From an uncultured Actinomycetota bacterium (GTDB lineage Bacteria; Actinomycetota; Actinomycetes; Mycobacteriales; Micromonosporaceae), in the NCBI GenBank assembly GCA_963836785.1, contig CAWIKW010000019.1:9961-73960 (forward strand): DNA of 64,000 bases. The letters run 5' to 3'. Positions 44,270-53,818 of the stretch are shown piece by piece. The stretch's first letter is position 1. Every line of letters begins with the position of its first letter. The position numbers and the translations under genes were made by a program. The notes beneath the pieces were generated by a model that was given only the letters and a program-made list of their open reading frames with translations, was not told the origin of the DNA and did not search any database.

Positions 44270-44504
44270 GGGTGTCGCGCTGTGGGTGTCGCCCGACCGG
44301 GTGACGGCGAGGGTGGTCCGACCGGAGGCGGGTAACGGCCGATCCACCGACTGCGTGTTTACTTCTGGGCAGGTTCGCTTGACTCCGACGACGTCGGTCG
44401 ACCTGCGTACGCTCAGCCAGATCGCTTGGCTGCCAACGTCGGAGGAGACCGCCTTACCAGCCGTACCCGCCCGCACCCGACCCGACCAGTGACGAGGGAT
44501 CGAC

Positions 44505-45287
44505 ATGCTTGCCCACCAGCGCCAGGTCCGCATCCTTGCCGAGCTGCGCCGCACCGGAGCCGTACGGGTGTCCGATCTGACCGAGATGCTCGACGTCTCG
44601 GATATGACGATCCGTCGCGACCTGGAGAACCTTGTCGCCACTGGGATCGCGCGCAAGGTGCACGGCGGTGCTGTGCTTGCCGGTCAGGTCGCCCACGAGC
44701 CGGGCTTCGCGGTCAAGAGTCAGCTCGAACAATCCGCGAAGCACGCGATTGCCGCCCGGGCCGCGTCGTTGATCCAACCGGGCGCGGCGATCGCGCTCTC
44801 CGCCGGCACCACGACCTGGGCGATGGCCCCGCTGATCGTGACGATTCCCGGCCTGACCGTGGTGACGAACTCGACCACGGTCGCCGATGCGATCGCGACA
44901 CTCGACCCGACGAACCAGATCAGCGTCGTGCTGACCGGTGGCGTACGGACGCCGAGCGCGGCTCTCGTCGGGCCGGTAGCCGACCGCGCCATCGCCACCA
45001 TGCATGTTGACCAGCTGTTCCTCGGCGTACACGGTATGGACGAGCGGATCGGGTTCACGACGCCGAACCTGGCCGAGGCGGCCACGAACCGTGCGCTGAT
45101 CGGGTGCGCACGCGAGGTGATCGTGGTAGCCGACTCGTCGAAGTGGGGCGTAGTCGGGTTGGCCGACATCGCACCGTTGACCGCGGCTCACGTGGTGGTC
45201 ACCGACGATCGCCTGCCACGTACGGCTGCCCGCATCCTGTCCGAGCGTGTTCCGCAGTTGATCGAAACGCGGGACGAGGCGGCGTAA
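44505..45287 (+). CDS. DeoR-family transcriptional regulator
   Basis: 260 aa. RQVRILAELRRTGAVRVSDLTEMLDVSDMTIRRDLENL (HTH) plus a DeoR C-terminal sugar-phosphate sensor domain. Confidence 0.88.
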   Translation: MLAHQRQVRILAELRRTGAVRVSDLTEMLDVSDMTIRRDLENLVATGIARKVHGGAVLAGQVAHEPGFAVKSQLEQSAKHAIAARAASLIQPGAAIALSAGTTTWAMAPLIVTIPGLTVVTNSTTVADAIATLDPTNQISVVLTGGVRTPSAALVGPVADRAIATMHVDQLFLGVHGMDERIGFTTPNLAEAATNRALIGCAREVIVVADSSKWGVVGLADIAPLTAAHVVVTDDRLPRTAARILSERVPQLIETRDEAA

Positions 45288-45460
45288 CCGGGCTCCGCAG
45301 TGGACGCTCCTGGGAGCGAGACCAATTTGCGCCTTGACAAGTCATGCCGCCGACGCTTTGCTTTGGTTGGTTGTGATGGTTGGCGTTGGAACTTGTTCGT
45401 ATTTTCTGTGACATTCGTACGTCGGTAGAAGTCAGCGGCCCACGTGTCGAGGAGGCACCG

Positions 45461-46796
45461 ATGCCTGGCGATTCAGCACAATCCACTTCGATTCCGGCGG
45501 TCAGCCGGCGTACGGCCCTCAAAGGAGTGGCCGGGTTGGCCGCGGCGGCCGGCGCGACCGGTCTGCTCTCCGCCTGCGGGAGCGACACCAAGAGCAGCAC
45601 CAGCACGGCGTCGAACGCGGCCACCGGACCGGTGACGTTCGGCTCGAACTACTCGGATCCGCAGCCGAAGGCCGCCTTCGCGGCGCTCTGCACGGCGGCG
45701 ACGAGCAAGACAAGCGAGCAGATCACCATCAACACGGCGGACCACAACACATTCCAGAACAACATCAGCAACTACCTGCAGGGCACGCCGGACTCGCTGG
45801 CCACATGGTTCGCCGGTTACCGGTTGCAGTTCTTCGCCGCGCAGAATCTGCTGAGCCCGATCGACGATGTCTGGGACAAGATCGGCGGCAACTTCAACGA
45901 CGCGGCCAAGAGCCTGTCGAAGGGGCTGGACGGTCACTACTACCTCGTGCCGATCTACAACTACCCGTGGGTCGTGTTCTACAACAAGAGCACGTTCTCA
46001 TCCAAGGGCTACACCGTCCCGACGACGTGGGACGACTTCATCGCATTGGCGAAGAAGATGCAGACCGACGGTCTGGTGCCGCTCGCGTTTGCCGAGAAGG
46101 ACGGCTGGCCGGCCCTCGGCACGTTCGACATCATCAACCTGCGGGTCAACGGCTACGACAATCACATCAAGTTGATGAAGCACGAGATCCCCTGGACGGA
46201 TCCGAGCGTCACCGCGGTCTTCAACCAATGGCGTGAGCTGCTGCCGTTGTGCCAAAAGGGTGCGAACGGCCGGATCTGGCAGGACGCGGCGAAGACGCTG
46301 GAGAACAAGCAGGCCGGCATGATGTTCCAGGGCTCGAACCAGGTAGCCGCGAACTACTCCGCGTCCAACCTCGACGATCTCGACTTCTTCGTCTTCCCGG
46401 AGATCAACCCGGCGTACGGCACGGACTACATGGACGCGCCGACCGACGGGTTCATCCTGCCGAAGAAGGGCAAGAACGCCGGTAGCGCCAAGAAGGTGCT
46501 CGAATACATCGGCACACCCGACGCCGAGACGACGTTCCTACAGACCGACCACTGGGATGTGGGACTTGGCCAACGGCCTGGTCGCGCCGTCGTACAACGC
46601 GATCCAGAAGAAGTCGGTGGCCGAGATCGCCAAGTGCAAGAACGTGTCGCAGTTCATGGACCGTGACACCGTGCCAGACATGGCAACAGCGATGATCAAG
46701 CTCATCCAGAGCTTCATCGACAACCCGACCGCGGCGAACATCGCCTCGATCCAGCAAAGCGCCGAAAGCCAGGCGAAGTCGATCTTCGCTAGCTGA
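45461..46796 (+). pseudogene. ABC transporter sugar-binding lipoprotein with a +1 frameshift about 78 codons before its end (alternatively a sequencing error)
   Basis: ATG 45461 lies 5 nt after GGAGG. Tat-like SRRTALKG and lipobox LLSACGS. Frame A (45380..46666) turns Arg-rich nonsense after ...LQTDHWDVG. Frame B (46557..46796) continues with the SBP-like LANGLVAPSYNAIQKKSVAEIAKCKNVSQFMDRDT... Confidence 0.7.
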
Positions 46797-47800
46797 TGGT
46801 CGACACCACCACACGCACACCCGCGTCCCCGATGGCGATCTCGCGTCGCCGTCGGGGGCGTCTGCGCGTGCTGACGCGCCGCGACAAGTTCGTCGTCGCG
46901 GCCATGCTCGGCATCCCACTCCTGCTGGAAGCCGCGTTTGTGTGGTTCCCGGCGCTGGCCACCGTCGCCCTGTCGTTCACCAAGTGGACGGGCGTCGGCG
47001 GCGTCCAGATGAAGTCATGCGCCTCGTTGCCGTCGGCACCCGGGATTCCGCAACCGGGCTGTCTGTTCGGCGTGCAGAACTATCACCAGGTCTTCACCAA
47101 CTACCCGGACTTCTGGCCGGCCGTCCGTCACAACGCCACCTGGCTGCTGGTCTTCATCGTGATTGCGACACCGCTCGGCATGCTGTTCGCGGTCATCATC
47201 GACCGGGGCATCCGCGGCAGCCGGATCTACCAGAGCATCCTCTTTCTGCCGGTCATGCTGTCGCTCGCCCTGATCGGCATCATCTGGGAGCTCATCTACT
47301 CGCCGAACTACGGCCTCATCAACACGATCATCGGGCGGAACCACAACGACAACCTCATCGCCTGGCTCGGCAATCCGCATCTGAACCTGTGGGCGTTGCT
47401 GGTCGAGGCGACCTGGCGGCAGGCCGGCTACGTGATGGTGCTCTACCTCGCGGGGTTGAAGTCGGTGGATCCGGCGTTGCGGGAGGCGGCGACGGTCGAC
47501 GGCGCGACGACATGGCAGACGTTCTGGCGGGTGGTTTTCCCGGCGATGCGGCCGATCAACATCGTCATTCTCGTGGTGACGGTCATCGAGTCCCTGCGCG
47601 CGTTCGACCTCGTCTACATCACGAGCAACGGCAATCCGTTGCGCGGGCTGGAATTGCTGTCGGTCTCGGTGACCCAGAACATCGTCGGTGAGACGCAACG
47701 CATCGGCTTCGGCTCGACGTTGGGCGTCGTACTCCTGGTGATCTCGCTCGTACCGATTTCGATCTTCCTGTACCAAGCGTTCCGCCGGGAGGAGAGGTAG
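46796..47800 (+). CDS. Carbohydrate ABC transporter permease
   Basis: 334 aa. The ATG overlaps the SBP stop. EAA-like loop LREAATVDGATTWQTFWRVVFPAMRP. Confidence 0.88.
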   Translation: MVDTTTRTPASPMAISRRRRGRLRVLTRRDKFVVAAMLGIPLLLEAAFVWFPALATVALSFTKWTGVGGVQMKSCASLPSAPGIPQPGCLFGVQNYHQVFTNYPDFWPAVRHNATWLLVFIVIATPLGMLFAVIIDRGIRGSRIYQSILFLPVMLSLALIGIIWELIYSPNYGLINTIIGRNHNDNLIAWLGNPHLNLWALLVEATWRQAGYVMVLYLAGLKSVDPALREAATVDGATTWQTFWRVVFPAMRPINIVILVVTVIESLRAFDLVYITSNGNPLRGLELLSVSVTQNIVGETQRIGFGSTLGVVLLVISLVPISIFLYQAFRREER

Positions 47801-47802
47801 TC

Positions 47803-48726
47803 GTGACGGCGATAACCGAAGCGTCGGCGCCGCGGGCCGAAGCGCCCGCGCGGGTGGCGCGCCGGCGACGCAGCATCCGGGCCGGTAGCGCCGCGACCCA
47901 GGTGTTCATGATCGTGGCGACCGTGGCCTGGATCACGCCGATCGTCTTCGCGCTCTACGTTGCTCTGCGCCCGATCAGCGAGACAAACAAACTCGGGTAC
48001 GTCTCCCTGCCGCATCATCTGACGCTGGCCAACTTCACCCAGGCGTGGAAGCAGTCCCAGATGTGGCACTTCTTCCTGAACTCCGTCTACATCACCGTCC
48101 CGGCCGTGGTCGTCACCCTGTTGCTGGCCTCGTCGTTCGCGTACGTGGTGTCCCGGCTGAGTTTCCGCTTCAACATTCCGCTGCTGATCCTGTTCACCGC
48201 GGGCAATCTGCTACCGCAGCAGGTCATCATCACCCCGCTCTACCGGATCTACCTGGCCATCCACCTGCCGACCGCGTTGACCGGCAGCGGTCTGCTCTAC
48301 AACTCGATCCTCGGCCTGATCGTCATCAACACGTCGTTCCAATTGGGCTTCTGCGTGTTCGTGCTGAGCAACTACATGAAGACGATCCCGACCGACATGG
48401 ACGAGGCCGCGATCGTCGACGGCGCCTCGCTGTGGACGCGTTACTGGCGCTTGACGTTGCCGCTGTGCCGGCCGGCGCTGGCCGCCCTGGCGACCCTGCT
48501 CACCACGTGGATCTACAACGACTTCTTCTGGGCCATCACGCTGATCTCAACCGGCAATAAACGGCCGATCACGTCGGCGCTCGCCGACCTGCAGGGACAA
48601 TTCGTGTCGAATCAGAACATGATCGCCGCGGCCGCGCTCATCGCCGCGATTCCCACCCTTCTCGTGTACGCCGTCCTGCAGCGCCAGTTCATCGCCGGTC
48701 TGTCGCTCGGATCATCCAAGGGCTGA
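47803..48726 (+). CDS. Carbohydrate ABC transporter permease
   Basis: 307 aa with MDEAAIVDGASLWTRYWRLTLPLCRPAL. Confidence 0.88.
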   Translation: MTAITEASAPRAEAPARVARRRRSIRAGSAATQVFMIVATVAWITPIVFALYVALRPISETNKLGYVSLPHHLTLANFTQAWKQSQMWHFFLNSVYITVPAVVVTLLLASSFAYVVSRLSFRFNIPLLILFTAGNLLPQQVIITPLYRIYLAIHLPTALTGSGLLYNSILGLIVINTSFQLGFCVFVLSNYMKTIPTDMDEAAIVDGASLWTRYWRLTLPLCRPALAALATLLTTWIYNDFFWAITLISTGNKRPITSALADLQGQFVSNQNMIAAAALIAAIPTLLVYAVLQRQFIAGLSLGSSKG

Positions 48727-48735
48727 TACGTCGCG

Positions 48736-48777
48736 GAGGTTCGGTCGCGGTGGGTCGGTCGCTGAGGTTCGGTCGTC
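48736..48777. repeat. Three tandem copies of a 14-nt unit after the permease stop
   Basis: gaggttcggtcgcg / gtgggtcggtcgct / gaggttcggtcgtc. Confidence 0.8.
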
Positions 48778-48847
48778 ACACCGGCCGGGTAGAACTTGTA
48801 CCGTTGCCGGTCTTGCGCGTAGCGCATGGGACGAAGGGTTGGTAACG

Positions 48848-49339
48848 GTGGAGCGCGTACCCGAACCTCGGACCAACGACGAGCGCGAACTCCTGCTCGG
48901 CTGGCTGGCGTTTCACCGCAACGCGCTGGCCGCGAAGTGCGATGGCCTGAGCGACGAGCAACTCGTGGCGATGTCGGCCGAGCCGTCGGACCTGTCGCTG
49001 CTCGGCCTCGTCCGGCATCTGACCGAGATGGAGTATTACTACCTCGTCCACGCGATCGCGGGCGGTGACACCACGCCGATCTATTGCACCGACGACGACG
49101 AGGACGGCGACATCGTTGGCCTCACCGCCGATATGGCGCGTGCGTCCGTGGACCGATGGCAGGCCGAATGCCGCAACGCCGATGTCGGGCTCGCGACCGT
49201 CGACGCACTCGATGCGCGGGCGCCGGGCAATGGTTTCTCGGTACGCTGGAACCTGGTCAAGATCATCCAGGAGTACGCCCGCCACAACGGCCACGCCGAC
49301 CTTCTCCGGGAGCGCATCGACGGAGCGACGGGCGAGTAA
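48848..49339 (+). CDS. DinB-like (DUF664 / mycothiol-transferase-like) protein
   Basis: LLGWLAFHRNALAAKCDGLSDEQL...LLGLVRHLTEME...IIQEYARHNGHADLLRERIDG. The start is uncertain (GTG 48848 with GAAGGG upstream, or TTG 48839). Confidence 0.75.
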   Translation: MERVPEPRTNDERELLLGWLAFHRNALAAKCDGLSDEQLVAMSAEPSDLSLLGLVRHLTEMEYYYLVHAIAGGDTTPIYCTDDDEDGDIVGLTADMARASVDRWQAECRNADVGLATVDALDARAPGNGFSVRWNLVKIIQEYARHNGHADLLRERIDGATGE

Positions 49340-49376
49340 TCCCGATCCCCTCGGATCGTCGGGCTACCGTTGCGAC

Positions 49377-49805
49377 ATGGACATCGGCGTACAGATCGTG
49401 TTCGACGCGGCCGACCCGCCGGCACTCGCGCAGTTCTGGATGGTGGCGCTGGATTACGTGCCCGAGCCACCGCCGCGCGGATTCGACACCTGGGACGATT
49501 TCGGGCACCACATCGGCATGCCCGAGGAACAGTTCGGCGATCAGGCCACCGCGGTGGATCCGGCCGGCGTGCGGCCTCGGCTCTACTTCCAGAAGGTGCC
49601 GGAGGGCAAGACCGCCAAAAATCGGGTTCACGTCGACGTGCAGATCGGTCGCGGGTTGCAGGGCGACGAATATACGGCGCGGGTCGCCGAGCACGTACGC
49701 AAACTCGAGGCACTCGGCGCGACGGTCGCCTGGCAGGCCGACGACATTCGCGGTTCGGCGACGGTCATGCGCGACCCGGAGGGCAACGAGTTCTGCGTCT
49801 GCTGA
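49377..49805 (+). CDS. VOC/glyoxalase-like domain protein
   Basis: In-frame ATG 49377. FWMVALDY...AKNRVHVDVQ...TVMRDPEGNEFCV. It is a paralogue of the gene at 22150..22497. Confidence 0.75.
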   Translation: MDIGVQIVFDAADPPALAQFWMVALDYVPEPPPRGFDTWDDFGHHIGMPEEQFGDQATAVDPAGVRPRLYFQKVPEGKTAKNRVHVDVQIGRGLQGDEYTARVAEHVRKLEALGATVAWQADDIRGSATVMRDPEGNEFCVC

Positions 49806-49942
49806 TCGGGTCGGGCGCGCCACGAAGATCGCTGCAACTGCACCGCACTCGTGCCTTCCGCGCGATTGTAGGACCGAGTGTGGTGAAGTCGCGCCGCAGG
49901 TGGCCGGCGGCGGAGCGCCACCGGCCACCTCCCATCACGGCG

Positions 49943-52039
49943 TCAGGTGTTCTCGCCCGGCAGTAGGACGATGTCGATCGTTCGACCTCGGGCGGGAATC
50001 TTGACGGATAGAGCCGTTGCCGCGCTCGTCCCCCCGTAGAACCCGTCATACGGCGTCAGCGTTGACTCGTCCTGGAACAGGTAGGCGATCCGGACACTCT
50101 GGCCCGGAGTCAGCTGCATCGAGTATGTGCCGTCCGCGTTCGCGTAGGCATAACCCATCACATCGCCCGTCTTCACGTTGTAGGCGACGATGTAGCCGCC
50201 CTCGGCAAACGACGTGCCATCGGGCTTGAGTGCGGTGCCGTGCAGCGTCGCGCCGGTCGCCATGGCTATGTCGTTGGTCACCGAAGCGCCGGCGGTTACC
50301 TGTACGGTCTGCGCCTGGTAACGGTTTCCGACGCCACCGGTCCACTGGCCAGCGAAGCCGCCGGCCGAGGCGAAGATCGGCCACTGGTACGGTCCGAGCC
50401 CGCTCAGGGTGTACCGGCCGGACGAATCCGTCGACACGTCGTTGCCGAACGCTCCGACTCCGGGGGTCACCGTATTCGGTCCGACCGTCGCCGCGGAGAT
50501 GGGTGCGCCACCAGAGCCGTTCGTGACCAGTCCGGTGATCGTCCCGGCCCGGTCGAGCTTGATCGGCGGGATGCGCGTGGTCTCGCCGGCCGGCGCCGTG
50601 ATGACCCGAGCGTTCTGCTCCAGCCCGGTGCCGCCGGTCTTGCCGACCCACTGGTCTCCGTACGTGGTCCCCTCGGGGGCGTTGACGAAGAGCGAGTACG
50701 AGTTGCCGAACAGCGGAGCGATCTTGACGACGCCGTTCGCGTTGCTGCAGTAGCCGGAATTGTCCGGCCACACCGTGAATCCGGGTACGAAGGGCAGCAC
50801 GCACGCGTTCGGCACTGGTGCGCCAGTCTGTGCGTCCACGATCGTCGTACGGATCACCGCCGCTGGCTGGAACACGATGTTGGCGTCGACGTTCTGACCG
50901 GCCGTGACGTCGACGTTGATGGCGGTGTTCGCACTCAGGTATTTGACACTCGGCGAGACGTCGAGTTCCTGGGTGCCCTGGCGTACGTTATTGACGACAG
51001 CCACACCGGTGCCCTTGGCGCACGCGCGTTCGCTGTCGATGAAGGCGCAGAAGTTGCTGATGGCCGCGCCCGTTGTTCCGTCGGTTGCCGTGACCGTGAC
51101 CGTTCCGGTCGCGATTTGGGCGTCGTCGACCTCGGTCGTCTCATTCGCATTGACGTCGATCTTCGCCGCTGTTGCCGAGGTGAGCTGGCCAAATGCGTAC
51201 TGAAACTTGTTGTCCGAGCCGAAGAAGCTGACGTTGTACGACCCGGCGAATACCGGCATCGAGTATGTGCCCGTGGCGTCGGTGAACCCGAAGGCGATGC
51301 CCAGGCCGTCGGGGATGCTGACAACCACCTGGGCGTTGGGATCCGGTTGGCCGGCCGCGGTGGTGTACCGGCCGGTGATCACACCGGTCGGCAGGAACTG
51401 GTCGTCCACCGTGACGGTCTGGTCGGCGTCGACCGGAAACTGCCCGGCGGTGTCCTCCGATGTCTGGCCGGGAGCATATTGAGTGAGTCCCTGGTCCGAG
51501 AAAGACACCTCGTACGAGTCGCCGGCGGGAACCTGCATCGTCCACTGGCCCGAGTCGTCAGTATTGGCGAAGTTGGTGAAGCCGGAGGATCCGAAGGCGA
51601 GGACACCGACTCCGGCCGCTGGACTCCCGTCCGTGTTCGTCAGGGTGCCACTAAGTGTGCCCGTGGCCAGTTGCGCCTCGTCGACGGTCGTGTCCGCGCC
51701 AGCCTGCACGGTGAAGACGGTGGCGTTGAATGAATCGATCTGCTGATGGGCCCACTGGACGAATGATCCGGAGCCGAACTCGACGATGTAGTCGCCCGCT
51801 GGAACGTCGACGGTATATGCGCCGGAATCGTCGGTCGCGGTGTTGGTGACGAACTCTTCCTGGTCTGGCAACCAGATCTCGACATCCGCGCCGGCGATCG
51901 GATTGCCGTGCGAGTCAGTGAACACACCGCTGATCGAGCCGGTGGCATCGGCGGCCGAAGCCGCAGCGGCTGTGCCGAGAAGGGACAGGACAACGGCTAA
52001 CGCCGCGATGCCCGTACGACGGATGAACGATCTACGCAT
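49943..52039 (-). CDS. Secreted protein made of ~7 carboxypeptidase-regulatory-like (CarboxypepD_reg) beta-sandwich repeats
   Basis: ATG 52039 (MRRSFIRRTGIAALAVVLSLLGTAAAASA signal peptide) follows GGGGGAG. Recurrent modules of the form G(T/S)(I/L)SG..T...G.P..GA.V......TD..G.Y...VPAG.Y.V.F. Confidence 0.7.
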   Translation of the reverse strand: MRRSFIRRTGIAALAVVLSLLGTAAAASAADATGSISGVFTDSHGNPIAGADVEIWLPDQEEFVTNTATDDSGAYTVDVPAGDYIVEFGSGSFVQWAHQQIDSFNATVFTVQAGADTTVDEAQLATGTLSGTLTNTDGSPAAGVGVLAFGSSGFTNFANTDDSGQWTMQVPAGDSYEVSFSDQGLTQYAPGQTSEDTAGQFPVDADQTVTVDDQFLPTGVITGRYTTAAGQPDPNAQVVVSIPDGLGIAFGFTDATGTYSMPVFAGSYNVSFFGSDNKFQYAFGQLTSATAAKIDVNANETTEVDDAQIATGTVTVTATDGTTGAAISNFCAFIDSERACAKGTGVAVVNNVRQGTQELDVSPSVKYLSANTAINVDVTAGQNVDANIVFQPAAVIRTTIVDAQTGAPVPNACVLPFVPGFTVWPDNSGYCSNANGVVKIAPLFGNSYSLFVNAPEGTTYGDQWVGKTGGTGLEQNARVITAPAGETTRIPPIKLDRAGTITGLVTNGSGGAPISAATVGPNTVTPGVGAFGNDVSTDSSGRYTLSGLGPYQWPIFASAGGFAGQWTGGVGNRYQAQTVQVTAGASVTNDIAMATGATLHGTALKPDGTSFAEGGYIVAYNVKTGDVMGYAYANADGTYSMQLTPGQSVRIAYLFQDESTLTPYDGFYGGTSAATALSVKIPARGRTIDIVLLPGENT

Positions 52040-52192
52040 TTCTCTCGCTGCTCCCCCGTGGTTTAGAAGGAGGGTGACCAGCGTCAATATCGATCACCCT
52101 CGACACGCTGAGGTGTTGGCGAGGATGTTAGTTCGCTTGACGGATCCTGTGGGGGCACTGTCCACAGTCTCCATCGAGTATTCACGGAAGCC

Positions 52193-53689
52193 TCAGACCG
52201 GAAGATCCGTCCGCTCGCTCACCGTGGCCCGCAGACGCTTGCGATCGAGCTTGCCGACCGACGTCAACGGGATCCCGTCGACGATGCGCACCTCGCGCGG
52301 GTATTTGTGGGCGCCGAGCCGATCCCGTGCGTACGCCACCAGTTCGTCGGCGGTCACTGCGCCGCCGTCGACCAGCGAGACGAACGCGACGACCTCCTCG
52401 CCGAGCCGATCGTCGGGCCGGCCGACCACGGCTGCCATCGCGACGGCGGGATGCGTCATCAGCACGTCTTCGACGTCGCGGGGATAGACGTTGAACCCGC
52501 CCCGAAGGATCACGTCCTTGATGCGGTCGACGATCGTCAGGTAGCCGTCGTCGTCCATGCGGCCGACGTCGCCGGTGGCGAACCAGCCGCCGGCCAGTGG
52601 TTCGCCGCCCCAGTAGTGCGGCATGACGTTCGCGCCGCGGACGACGATCTCGCCGTCCTCGCCGGCGGCCACGTCGCGCCCGTCCGGGCCGACGATGCGT
52701 ACGGTGACGCCCGGCACCGGCCGGCCGACCGTGCCACGGCGTGGTGCGAGCGGCGGCGAACTCGAGATGATGCCGCCCGTCTCCGTACACCCGTAGCCTT
52801 CCAGGACCGTGGCCGACGGGACGCGCCGCGCGAACTCAGCCGCAACCGCGGCGGACAGGGGCGCCGCACCGGAGAACACGAACTGAAGCGCGCTCAGGTC
52901 ATAGTCCTCGAGCGGTTGTCCGAGAAGGATCGCAAGCATCGACGGCACGACCGCGGTCGTCTGCGCGCCATGCTCGGCCGCCAGGCAGAGCCATTCGGTC
53001 GGCTCGAACCAGCGCTGCAGGATCGACACGGTCGGCTCCGGCGTGTGCAGGCCGCCGACCGTAACCAGCAAACCGAACGAATGCGACAACGGCAAAGCGG
53101 TGATCCCGCGCACCAGCCCGGGGACATGACTGACCGAGCGTGACGACGCTCCGGCGTGAGACAGGTTGGCATGGCTCAACGCGACGCCCTTGCTGCGGCC
53201 GGTCGTGCCGCCGGTGTAGAGCAGCGCCGCGAGGTCGTCGTCGGCGCGGTCAATGATCGGGCTGGGTCCGGCCGCCTCCAACTCGGCGAAGTTCTCGCCG
53301 ACGACGAACACCGGCAACTGCCGGTCGACGCCGTCCTGGGCCGCGGCGACCTTCGGCGCGAGTTCGGCCGTCGTGACCACGGCGACCGCCCCAGAGTCGG
53401 CGATGATGTGACGCAGTTCGGGCGCGGTCACCAGGAAGACGACCGGCGTGATGACCGCTCCGGCCCGCCACAACGCGTGATAGGTGACGACGACCTCGGG
53501 GCAGTTCGCCATGATGACCACGACGCGGTCGCCCGGCGCGACGCCGGCGGCCCGCAGGCCGGACGCGACGCGGGTGGCTCGTTCGTGCAGGTCGACCGAG
53601 GAGAACCACTCGCCGCCGTAGTGCAGCGACGGATAGTCGCCGGATCGTTCGAGCGCCGCCTCGGCCAGCCTCGCGAGGTTCGTTTCCAT
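52193..53689 (-). CDS. AMP-dependent synthetase/ligase (acyl-CoA synthetase, FadD-like)
   Basis: 498 aa with LLYTGGTTGRSKGV (AMP-binding P-loop), GYGCTETGG, TGDVGRMDDDGYLTIVDRIKD and GKLDRKRLR. Confidence 0.88.
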   Translation of the reverse strand: METNLARLAEAALERSGDYPSLHYGGEWFSSVDLHERATRVASGLRAAGVAPGDRVVVIMANCPEVVVTYHALWRAGAVITPVVFLVTAPELRHIIADSGAVAVVTTAELAPKVAAAQDGVDRQLPVFVVGENFAELEAAGPSPIIDRADDDLAALLYTGGTTGRSKGVALSHANLSHAGASSRSVSHVPGLVRGITALPLSHSFGLLVTVGGLHTPEPTVSILQRWFEPTEWLCLAAEHGAQTTAVVPSMLAILLGQPLEDYDLSALQFVFSGAAPLSAAVAAEFARRVPSATVLEGYGCTETGGIISSSPPLAPRRGTVGRPVPGVTVRIVGPDGRDVAAGEDGEIVVRGANVMPHYWGGEPLAGGWFATGDVGRMDDDGYLTIVDRIKDVILRGGFNVYPRDVEDVLMTHPAVAMAAVVGRPDDRLGEEVVAFVSLVDGGAVTADELVAYARDRLGAHKYPREVRIVDGIPLTSVGKLDRKRLRATVSERTDLPV

Positions 53690-53818
53690 CCGGGTCCTCT
53701 CTGGGGCCGTTCGTGGCGACGCGGTTTCTACACTGCCTATGCCGAAAGTTCGGCGTAGTCAACCCTGTGCCGGTCGCGGTCCGCGGATGCTTTTCAACCG
53801 CTTAAAGGGGTACGGCCG

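Noticed and set aside
44270-44504. Possible galK N-terminal remnant after galT
   Set aside because: The similarity to the GVW.APGRVNLIGEHTDY motif is limited to a few residues, so it cannot be supported without a search. It is mentioned only as a low-interest note.
48612-48827. 71-aa minus-strand ORF (MRYAQDRQRYKF...) containing one copy of the shared 18-mer
   Set aside because: It overlaps the 3' end of the permease gene on the opposite strand, has no RBS and has low-complexity composition. It is probably not coding.
53690-53818. Moco riboswitch upstream of the molybdoenzyme gene; also SAM or other riboswitches upstream of mtnP and the methyltransferase genes
   Set aside because: No conserved riboswitch core sequences were recognised by eye and the spacers are short. 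Cmscan would be needed to exclude them formally.
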